A stretch of 64,000 nt of DNA from Dudresnaya verticillata. Its lineage: Eukaryota. The translations under genes were made by a program, and so were the position numbers. This document shows, one piece after another, positions 1 through 10,600 of this stretch (position 1 is its first letter; each line of letters opens with the position of its first letter). The notes beneath the pieces were generated by a model. That model had not been told where the DNA came from. It saw only the letters and a list, made by a program, of their open reading frames with translations, and made no database searches. The DNA lies in the NCBI GenBank assembly GCA_977862235.1, contig OZ374566.1, positions 620,001 to 684,000 on the forward strand, read 5' to 3'.

Positions 1-1
1 A

Positions 2-244
2 AAAGGTCGGGCCTTTTTGCGCGACGGTTACGATTTATACACAGCAAACGTGAGACGACTCATGCTTTCCAGAACGCTTTGTATTGAGGACTGGAAGCTA
101 GTAGGCAATGAAGATGCCATCGAAGACGTGGAAACGGGAAATCTGGACACTGCACATGAACGCGCCAGTGCAGAGGATCTACATTTGCTTTTCCACAGTG
201 ACATGGTTGTAGGGTGCCAGGAAAGCTTCGGACAGCAAGAGTAG
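2..244 (+). CDS. Possible 3' end of a CDS truncated by the window edge
   Basis: Frame open from base 2 to TAG at 242-244 (KGRAFLRDGYDLY...SFGQQE). No recognisable motif. Confidence 0.3.
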   Translation, partial: KGRAFLRDGYDLYTANVRRLMLSRTLCIEDWKLVGNEDAIEDVETGNLDTAHERASAEDLHLLFHSDMVVGCQESFGQQE

Positions 245-2777
245 CCGATCCTGTTCTTGTGTTCTACTCTCGCAAAGTTCTGACCAAGCATTCGCAGCGT
301 ATTTATTATCTATCCTGATTCATCCATTTGTGGGCAGAATGCGAATCAACTGGAAAAACATAGAGCTGGACAAACTGCTCGAAGAGGGCACTAGGGTGTC
401 AATCCAAGCCCCAGAGAGAACTTCTACTAGGCAGGTGTGTATGTGCAAATACAAACGGCTAGTATCGTCATCAAACGAGACTACTATTTGGAACGCTCTC
501 CACGGGCGAGGGCCTGGAAAATTGAAAAAGCCGTAATTGTCTGTAGGCGATCCATCACTTAGACGATTGTTCCTCCAAGCCCGAAGGTATTTTTTTTTTT
601 TTGTTCGAAGTCCGATTGCCTCAACCCAAGTTGCTCGTTGTTGGTACATTAAAAACATTCTCACTCCTAAAAGGGTTGTAAGAGTTGAGAAGGGATGGGT
701 TGCTAATGTGGATACGTGGCACAATCCTTGCTACCATCTATTGTAGCACCTTAAACTTCGTGGTTCTGAGATTGAGGGGGAAAAAAAGAATTAACGGAGT
801 TCCAGGATTCAAACACTACCATTTATGCGAAAGACACTTTGAACACGAATGGGAATAAGATCCTAATAATATTATCGCTTGTCTGATGTTGCTTTTTGAG
901 GGGCGAAGAGATTTTTAATGGAAAGGCGCTTGTCGGCAGGAGAAGGCGTCGAGATCTATACTATTCATGAGCTGAAAGGGTTGCTGTAGATGTAGCGCCA
1001 TGCGCAGTGTCTATGGCTAAAAACTACCATATGCAAGGAGCCTTTGGCCCGTGTAACTTGCCCTGCAAGAGGAGTCTTTGCACTTTCAAATGCCTACAAG
1101 ATAATTTGTTGTGTTGTGTTCTTTACCTTCACTTCATCTTGTGTTGAAACCGGTGAGCTAATTGTCTATTACAATTGCCAGATTGCATGATTACAAAGCA
1201 CCACAACACAGTAGACAAGCTCTATAGGGACTTCCTATGTTTCTTCCACAATGAATTGCACTGACGTGTGCAACTCGGGCACCAATATGGGAACCTTCAA
1301 AGGTTCCTTTGCCCACAACTACGCTCTATGCGAGAGGAGAGAAAAGTAAAGGCATCGTGCTACGAAGTACCAACGTCAACGCGAGGTTCCTGCAGTTTTT
1401 GTTACACCCAGAGTTGCTATAGTACGCACTTCGACCTCCACAGTTGTGACGAATTATGATTGATGTTCATGAAAGAAAGGTGATGGGCGATTGTAAAGAA
1501 AATAAATCAATTCCGTTGCTCAGACAGGACAGTCATGCAAGCGAGATGGACGTTAGAGATGGTGTTTTTTGAAAGCGAGCGCTAGTTTTGAGTTGTAAGT
1601 TTGGCACAAAATGAGATTAGAGAGGCACTGAAAGGTTCGGTACTGGATGCTACGGGATGGAGGGGTAGATTACCAAGGAATGCGACAGCATGAAAACCTT
1701 TCCTGAAGGTAAGGGGCTTCAAGAAAGAAACACGGCTTTAGAAAGATAGCAAGGTTTGTATCATCGCTTCACGCTGAAAAGAGATGGCGTCGGCGACTGA
1801 TGACGGTGGGACAAGTCGGCTGAATGAAGTGCAGTGCAAAGTTTTGTCTCAATCAACAAAGTCGTGGGGTCTCGTCGGAAGATACGTAAGCGATGCAGAG
1901 GATTACAGAGGAGCAGAGTGGGCAAGGATCAAAAACGTCGAGGTTATGTGTCCAAGCGTTGGTATAACAAGCGTATTTTTGAATCTGTGCAACGAGAAGG
2001 GAGTTTTTAGTGAGGGCTAACCAGCAGTGTCGTGGCATCGCGTTTATACAGTAACAGGTCTTTTTTCATTTCTCTTGTACTGTACTGTACGTGCAGAGCC
2101 CAGCATTTATTTTTATGCCCCATGTGCCCAGTGGGGCACTTGAAACGAGAAAACAACGAATCACCGGGAACCAACAGGGTCCGAAACTGTGTCATAATCT
2201 TAGCAGGGGACCATGCACGCCACAACTAACTTCGGCACCGCGTCAATCCAATCCACAGGCCGCGCCGCGATTGGCCGGCTGCACGCGAAGCAGAGGCGTA
2301 ATCCAAGCGAAGTGCCGCCAAGGCGCCACTCTGTGCGCGTGCTGCCCCGGTCGGCCCGTTCCAGCCGCAGCCTGGAGACTGCGCCGCGCCGCGTGCGAAA
2401 TCAACGCTTATTCCGGCCACCCGCGCACAAATGCCACATCCAATCCGACAATCCCGCGCCCGGTATTGGCTGCCGCCCCGCCCCAGCCCCTCGATCTGCG
2501 GCCCATCGCCCGCCCTGCGCGCCCCATCTACTGCAACTGCCACGGACGCCCTCCATCTCACCCGCCCTGCGCCTCCACAATGGCAATCCCGCTAACGCCT
2601 TCCGCCCCGCCTCCTTCCGCGTAACACCCCACGCCGAAGCTCCGCAACCGCCCCACTCGGTCGCCGCTGCTGCTGCTGCCGCCGCCACCGTGCCTCTCGC
2701 CGCCACCCCACGTCCCGCGTCCCGCGTCCGGCTCCTCACCCTCCGTCCCGCCCCTCCCGCCCGCCCCCGCTCCCGCC

Positions 2778-4914
2778 ATGGTTGACGCGGAGCTCGTCCA
2801 CGCCGGCCGCAACATCGCCTTCGACGCCCTCGAGGCGAACCGCTCGCTGCAGGTCGGTCAGAGCGTCACGTCGCGTGAGTCCTCGGTCCCGGTCGACCTC
2901 GTTTGGCGCGACCTCACCTTCGATGTCCCACTCCCGAAGAAGAAGAAGGGCGCTGAAGACGTCTTAGCCAACGCCCTCGACCTCCCGCCGCAGCATGAGC
3001 CCTCGGAAATCAAGCCCGGCATGAAGCGCATTTTGCATGGGCTCAGTGGCCAGGTCCGCAGCGGCCAGGTCCTCGCCATCATGGGCGCCTCCGGCTCCGG
3101 CAAAACCACCCTGCTCAACCTGCTTTCTGGCCGTATGAAGTCCAGTAGCAAGTGCATTTCGGGTGGCAAGATTTTCGTTAACGGCGCTTCGAGGAACTAT
3201 GCCTCTTTTCCTCATATTGCCAAGTTTGTTGAGCAGGATGATACCACCATGTTCCCTGAACTTACCGTGCGTGAGCAGATTCTTTATTCGGCCCGTCTCG
3301 CGCTTCCCTCCACCATTCCTGACGCTCAGAAGGCCGCGCGTGTGGAAAAGGTCATCCAGGAGCTGGGCTTGTCCAAAGCTGCGGACACCTACATTGGTTC
3401 GGAGAACGTTCGTGGTGTCAGTGGGGGAGAGCGTCGTCGCGCTGCTATTGGTGTCGAACTTGTCACTGATCCCTCTCTCATCTTCCTCGACGAGCCTACT
3501 ACAGGCCTCGATAGTTTTAACGCCTTGAATGTTATGTCCTCTCTTCGCCACCTTGCTATGAATGGTCGTACTATTGTTAGCACCATCCATCAGCCGCGAT
3601 CCAGCATCTATCATCTCTTCGATATGCTTTGCCTGATTTCCGAAGGTCGCACGGTGTATTTTGGCCCGGCGTCTGAGGTTGTCGCGCATTTCTCCAAAAT
3701 TGGGTACCGAACGCCGACCAGCTTCAACGTTGCCGACTTTGTTATCGATGTTTTATCTATTGACCCCCGTAACAAGGACAAAGAGAAGATGAGCAAGGCT
3801 CGCACACAGTACATCGCTAAGCACTTCCATCAGAACGAAGAGCCCAAACTTCTTGAGGATGCGCGCAACTATGAGAATGCGCATACCGTCGCCGAGTTTG
3901 CAAACATTGCAAAATTCTCCAACAATATTATTAAGGAGTTTTCCATTATCGCAAGCCGCACCGTGCGCCTTATGTCACGGGAGAGGCAGCTTAACCTCAC
4001 AAGACTTGCACAAACCCTCATTTTTGGCATCCTGCTCGGTTTGATATGGCTTAACACTGGACGAGGAAAGACCGAGAACGATCGAATCGCAGTACAAGGA
4101 GTTCTTTTCTTCATTGTCATCAACCAGTAAGTTCAATTTCTTTCCGAGCGCTGGGTGTTCACGTCGAAGAGCAATTGCGTATTTCCTGCATCGCCTGTAT
4201 TTGTGAAGAAACCCAATCAGCTAACCTTCAGCAATCCTGCTTTCTTTATATCTCTTTGGCGCTGTACTCTTCAGGTGCTTTGATTCTGCTTTCGGCGTCA
4301 TTTTCTCCTATCCTGCTGAGAGGGCTATTATCAATAGAGAGCGCTCGAGCGGATATTACAGAGATGTGTCGTACTTCGTTGGAAAGCAGCTTTGTGAACT
4401 GCCTCGAGCAGCGTTTTTCAACCTGCTCATGATTCTTATCGTCTACTTTATGGCTGGTCTAAACGCAAACGCGGGGGCTTTCTTCGTGCTGTTGCTGATT
4501 TGCGTATCAGTTGCATTGGCTGGAGAAGGGTTGTCTCAAGCGCTTAGCGTTTTCACTGGGGACGAACAGGCTGCGGCTGCGATCGTCCCTGTGTTTGTTA
4601 TCTTGCAAGTGCTGTTTGGTGGATTTTTCATCCAACCAGACGCGCTACCGTCGTACATTGCTTGGGGGAGATACTTGTCATTCATCTACTACGGTTATAA
4701 TGCAGCGGTACTCAACGAGTTTGTAGGCCGTGGTGAGGTTATAACGGAATCCGGTGTGGAACGGAATGTAGATGATATAATTGTGGAGTCCTTGCAGTCG
4801 CCAAGCACAAAGTGGGGCAATATTGGGATCCTGCTCGGATTTGTGCTTGCGTTCAAGGGATTGTATTTCACTGCGTTTGTGTGGAAGAGGCCCAAGTTCG
4901 ACCGTAACCTCTAA
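2778..4914 (+). CDS. ABCG: ABCG (White-family) half-transporter; exons 2778-4126 and 4275-4914
   Basis: Walker A GASGSGKTT, signature VSGGERRR and Walker B IFLDEPTTGLD precede the TM domain. Intron 4127-4274 (GTAAGT...GCTAAC...TTCAG) joins in frame to INQCFDSAFGVIFSYPAERAIINRER. Confidence 0.95.
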
Positions 4915-5107
4915 ATTTCTGTAACGCATTTGTCAGCTAGTGTTCGTAGCGGGCAATAAGAAGGATATGAACAGCAACCTTGTATGTAGGAGAAACAATT
5001 AAACGTGCATCTTTCCGCGACAGTCTTTACGCAATGTTACACTCTGCAAAGAAAGGCTGCACAGCCAGCATAAGGGCGATATGGTGGCTCGCAAGAGGGA
5101 AAATGGC

Positions 5108-5683
5108 CTAAGAGGCCTTACGGCTGTTGACGCCAATGGTTCCGAAGATCATGCAGGCAAAAAGGCCGACGTGCCACAAGAACATGAGGATCCAGAATGG
5201 GTCATCAGCGGCAGGGCCCTTGGGGAAGTTGGCGAGGTTGGCGTTCATGGAAGCGAAGAACGCCTGAGTGAGGCCTGTTCCCTCGGTAAGCGGGATGCCC
5301 GACGGAATCGAGGACGGGATAACCCAGCCGAGAAAGGCGAGGGCCAGGATGGAGATGTCTAGGTTGAACTTGACGCCTTCCGAGATTTCAAACTCCATGC
5401 GCGGGGTGTTGGAAACTGGCTTCGGGGCGACCGGACGCACGACTGCGCGCGTGCCAGTGAAAGAGGAGCGCAGAGCTGCTGCAGGGTTGGTCGCGGTGAT
5501 GGCATATGTGTGACGCAATGGTTAGATCTGGAAAGCACGGCTCTAGTGCATGGGAAGCAGACTTGCTTGTGTCTGTGCGGGTGCAGCAAGGGCGGGAGGG
5601 CGAGACATACCTGGACGAACCGAGCAGGCAGCGCGAGAGAAGCGCGGGGTGGCGAGGACCGGGGTTGCGGAGATGAAGGCCAT
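5108..5683 (-). CDS. psaO: Photosystem I subunit O with plastid transit peptide; exons 5683-5611 and 5478-5108
   Basis: MAFISATP transit peptide; core GWVIPSSIP...GLTQAFFASM...FPKGPAADDPFWILMFLWHVGLF...FGTIG matches PsaO. Intron 5479-5610 (GTATGT...CTAAC...CAG). Confidence 0.92.
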
Positions 5684-6480
5684 TTTGGATGAGGCTGGGT
5701 AGTGTGCGGGGATGCGACGGAGAGTGGTGGGCGGGTTGCGAAGACGGCGGGGCGAGGGCAGGGTCGGGTGGGCAATAGCGCAGTAGGTGGGGACGGCTCT
5801 AGAGAGGTACTGATTGCGGTGAGGGACCACGCGTGCAGGAGAGTGCGTGCGGCCTGGGGGCAGGGCAGGGAGAACAGATACGGGTGCGCACGGGCGACCT
5901 GGAGTGGCTTTCGGCTGCCTGGACCCGCCTCCGGGGGGCGGTGAGTGGCTGTGGGGGGCCGGGCGTGATCGGGATGCGGTGCGGGGTCGGGATCAGGGAG
6001 GAGATAGTTTGGCCAAGCGCCGCGGTGCGAGATAGCTCGAGGTGCGCAGCGCGACCCGGGTCCAAAAAATCTGGCGGCCGATCGCGCCGCGTGTCCACGT
6101 GTGCGAAGGGCTACGAAGGGGCATGCTCCGGTCGCGCATGCTCCGCTTGCAGGGCGGATAGCATGCAACAATTGCGCTCACCTGCCCCATTGGTTGTGGC
6201 CGATTCTCACGCTGCCAATCACCCCCCCATCGCCGCGCGAGATACACGCGGGATATGTCTGAGGAACAATAACCCTCCGCCAGCCGTTCGCATCGCCGCC
6301 GACCCGCCGGCCGGCAGGCCTACCAAGCCCTCCGCTTGCGCGTCCCGCCCGCCGCCCCCACCCGCCGGCGCCCACCTTTGCCCACCCCCTCCCCGCACCT
6401 GCGCCGCAACCGCTGCGCTCGCGTGCTGCCGCCCGTCCCCATGCGCGTCGCCGCGCTCCCCCGCCCCGCGCCGCCGCGGC

Positions 6481-7215
6481 ATGACCCCCGCCGTCCCCAG
6501 GTGGCAGTACACGCCGTGCCACGTCTGCCGTCGCCCGCTGGCACACATCCCGGGTGCCACTCTACTGCTGTGCCCGGCCTGCCACCACCTGCTCAACCTG
6601 TCGGCGCTGCCGCCGCTGGCCACGGCCGCGCAGACCCCATGCGCAAACTGTCGCCACGTCATGCTGCACCCGCTCGGCTCGCGCGTCGTCGTGTGCCCGC
6701 TGTGCGCCGCCCACACCCCGGCCCCGCTCTTGTACTACGTCTGTCCCGGCTGCGGCCTCTACCTCGTTTACTCCTCATCACTCCCCGCCGTCGTCTGCGC
6801 CGTGTGTCACAGGGTCGAACCACCGGTCGACCGCCCGGTTCCACGCCCTCTGGCACTGCTGCCTCTCACGCCGGGTGCTACTCCGCGACCTCCACCCAAG
6901 CTCCCGCCTCGCCGTATACCATGGCTCCCGAGCACCCCCGTCCGTCCGGTCTCTGGGCCCCGTCCGGCTCAGATGCCCCGCGCTCCGCCTGTTTCGGATG
7001 CTCCGTCGAGGAGGCGCGTGTCGGCCCCGCCCACACCGCCGCGATCCACAGGTGCAGGACAGCACGTTGCGGATACCAACGGCGAAGAGCCGACAGCGCA
7101 GTCCCTGCCACACGGGCAGCCCATTGTCAGGAGACAGAGCGGCCTGCCATCACCGCAGGTGGAGAATAAAGCTATGCGAGAACGCCGCAAGAAGGAGGAG
7201 GGGCAGCCTCCTTGA
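6481..7215 (+). CDS. LSD1/LOL1-type zinc-finger protein (three C4 fingers, Pro-rich tail)
   Basis: CHVCRRPLAHIPGATLLLCPAC, CANCRHVMLHPLGSRVVVCPLC and CPGCGLYLVYSSSLPAVVCAVC fit the LSD1 consensus CxxCRxxLxYxxGAxxVxCxxC. ATG at 6481. Confidence 0.75.
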   Translation: MTPAVPRWQYTPCHVCRRPLAHIPGATLLLCPACHHLLNLSALPPLATAAQTPCANCRHVMLHPLGSRVVVCPLCAAHTPAPLLYYVCPGCGLYLVYSSSLPAVVCAVCHRVEPPVDRPVPRPLALLPLTPGATPRPPPKLPPRRIPWLPSTPVRPVSGPRPAQMPRAPPVSDAPSRRRVSAPPTPPRSTGAGQHVADTNGEEPTAQSLPHGQPIVRRQSGLPSPQVENKAMRERRKKEEGQPP

Positions 7216-7636
7216 CTCAAACATGGCGTCGCGGCTCAAGGTGGTGTCCCAACTTTTTTTTGAAGAGCAAACGCTGGTCTGGAGCAAATCGTCCTAGGGT
7301 TTCCAGAGGGTTTTGGCGACAATTATGAGACCTTTGGCATTTTTAATTCCCGGATCGTCGCATTCCTTCGTTGTGCAAAGTGGCTTCCCTATCGCAGTCG
7401 TCCTCTGGTTCTTTTCAGTGATACCTTGCCTTTTTCCTGATGCGATTGATCAGCGAAGCATGCAAGCATGTCATGTATTTGATAGACTGGCAGACTTGCA
7501 CGGCTGCGAACAACCGACATGCGCAATGCCGATCACCATCCTGGTGGGAATCCGAACGTCGGTACTACCTTCCAGCAATCTACTGATTAACTCCTTGAAA
7601 CCACACATAAAACATCCTCTTCCCGAGGGACGTCCT

Positions 7637-10600
7637 TTATTGCTGTTTGTTGCTGGGTGCCAAACTTGTGTTCATGGGCACCCCATTCGTTTGAGTACCT
7701 GCTGAACCAGCCTGCGCGTCGGCCTGCGTTGGTCCTGGTTGCAGGGCAACTGGCCGAGGCTGCACAGGCACTGCCGCAGACTGCAAGCCCATTTGGTTCG
7801 CCTGGTAAGCTATGCCACTTTGTTGACGATGCACTGCCGCGTGATGTTGCATCATTGCCACATGCCTCATCGCCGCAACGTTCTGATGCACACCAAGCCC
7901 ACCTTGCTGCATGGCCACTCCTGCAGCTTGCTGCATGGCCACTCCTGTAGTTTGCTGCATGGTCGCTCCGGTAGACTGTTGCACTGGCGCGCCTGTGCCC
8001 TGTTCCATTCCGATTGCAGCTCCAGGATGCAATGGAACTGCTCCACTCTGCTGCATCGCAGCAGCACCCCGCTGTATCCCAGAACCGTCCTGCTGCATTG
8101 TCACTGCACTTTGCTGCAGAGGCAACCCTCCTTGCGAACCTGCGAAGCCACCGCGCTGTGAATGCACACCGCCATGGAGATTGGGTATTCCCTGTTGCGA
8201 AGCACTCGCGCTCTGTTGCATCGGGAGTCCACTTTGAAGCATAGGAGCTGCCCCTCTTCGAACTGGCACGTTTCCTTGCTGGACTGGAATTGAGCTGTAC
8301 TGAGACTGAACTGGACGCTGCAACCCGTGAGATGGACCATGCTGCACAGCGCCTTGCTGCATATGCAGTGCGCTCGGAACAGTAGGCGGTCTCGTTGCAT
8401 TTTGTGGTCCCGCAGCATACACCTGTTGTGCGCCTTGTGTGTGTCCACTGCTTGCTATTCCGCCCTGCGGCGGCCGGCCCACAGTCTGCACCTCGCTTCC
8501 GACACGAATGATAGAAGCATCGACACGCTCAACAAATACTTGTTGTCGATGCTTTTCCAGTCTTTCTCTTTCCCTCCGCATATGTGAATCTAAGCGATCA
8601 ATCTCCTTCAGTTTCAAGTCCACTGCCCGCATTTTCGTCTCAACCGCAACAGCAAACTCTCTCTCGATATCACGCGTCTCAGCCTCCAGCAAATGCCTAG
8701 CCCGCGCTACAGCTGCAGCAAGACCAACCGCAGCAGCAGCTTCTACAGCTACTCCATCTAGCTGTGACCCCGGTAGCGTTCCCAAGTTGCTGCCATTCGA
8801 TGGCTGTGTCGCAGGTCGTGTTCCGTTCTCCAGGGCAGGCTGGGCTTGCCTGTTGTCCTTCGTCTGCAACAGAGCCTTAGCCCGTTCTGTCTTTCCTTCG
8901 GCTGCAGCCTTCGCCTTCTGATCCGAGTCTGCCATAATCTTATTCAAAGCTGCCTGTGCTGCAGCTGCGGCAACTTCCGGGTCAACAGAAGATGCCAAGA
9001 ATGCAACTTGTGCCATTACTGGGTTAGCGCTGTCATGGAATGGAAGCAATGGACCAGCAAATCTGTGCTCACCGGAGGCATTTCCTTCTTGACGAGAGTC
9101 CTCTACGTTTTCGCCGCCTTCACCATGTTCCCAGTTGCCAATTTGGTCCTCAAGAAAGGAGTCTTCAAGAGGCATGCGAAGGAACTGGAGTACACACTGG
9201 TCCTTGCTCTTAGAGGCAACGTGGGTTTGCACTTGATTCCAGTCGTCACCATACTTTTCGAGTGCTTCCAAAAGCAGCATGACTTCTGCTTCGCTCCACA
9301 CAGTCCCATCATAAGCCTCCGAGCTGAGCACAGTAGTAAGTTGTTCAAAATCCCTGGCTGAAAACGTTGGAGGGTACTTGCCGTTTGCAAAACAAGAGGG
9401 ACAAAGCTCCATGTCTGCGTTGCCAACACAGTGATATCGCATACGAGAGCAATCCTTCCCACATGCGTCACATTCATACTTCGTAGCAGCAGCGGTCGCA
9501 TACAGCTCGCGGCGTGATAGAACCTTGTTCCTCTCCTTCATGGTCTTCTCTTTCGCAGATCTGACAGCCTTTTGCAGCGATACGGGTGCGTTCTCCCGCC
9601 TAGGTGGACGAGGATCATCAAAAAACAACAAGCGCGGCACACCATTTAACCGGTCAGGTATGATAGAATCCATTTGCAGCGGCCTTGCCCTACCATTCCG
9701 GGGTCTTATTGAGGAGCTGAGGTAGGGCTTGTTCTCTGGATCCGTCCCGTAGTTAATAAGACCCCAGTACTCAACGAAAGCATGAACCCTGAGGATAGCA
9801 CATACGTCCCCTGCAAGATGTCGACGAGCGGCTGTCGCCGTTAAATATTTTTCCGGAGCTTGTCTCCAAACATCGATCATGAAGTCACGGTACTTCTTGT
9901 AGACCATTGGAGTCTTGGACTCGCCTCGGCTATTGAAAAACTCTGGTAAAGAGCGCTTCTCAATGTCATGAATGGCATCCATCCGAAACCATCTCGCGTG
10001 TGCCGGTAGTCGAACCGTGACAGGCGGCAAGGCTTCGACGACATCAGCACCGGAAACAGGAGCATTTGAGCCACCGCCAGACAAAACTCGCTCCGAAATC
10101 GCAATCGCTCTTCCACTGCCAGGAGCGGTGTCGATATCCATGGCATTTTCGTCTCCAGCCGTAGTGGTCTTTGTCTTCTCCATGACCCTTTGGCCTTCTG
10201 TTTCCATTGTACCGTTTGCGTTCACAGCTTCTTCTTCAACTTCCGAGCTCGAGTTGCCATCTTTGTCAAGCGTAGAACCAGCCCTGTTAGTAGCCACATC
10301 TGCACCCTCGTTGGAGATGTTACGAATCCGAGGAACATCACCCTCAGGCATCGGGACAGCATCATCAACGGTGGACACGCCAGACATGCGGTTATGCTGT
10401 CGGCGCTCCTTCTTCTTGCTTCTCCGTCTGCTGAACGGCCGCTTGTGTTCTTGCCCGACATCCTCGGTAGGTACTTCCTCAATTGCAGATTGCTTCGGTG
10501 CTGACTTCGACATTGCTGCGCCTGAATCGGACTTGGCGCCGCTATCCTTTTCTGCAGGCGTGGCAGATTCCTTTCGATGCTCTGTTTGCTTCACCTTCTG

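Noticed and set aside
250..2200. Transposon relic in the AT-richer intergenic stretch (also 16600-18200, 46200-47600, 59500-61000)
   Set aside because: No transposase, RT or integrase motifs, terminal repeats or target-site duplications could be recognised.
5833..6480. N-terminal extensions in the ORF track (also 12086-12367 and 56418-56861)
   Set aside because: Non-ATG starts running through GC-rich, stop-poor promoter DNA; the downstream ATGs fit better.
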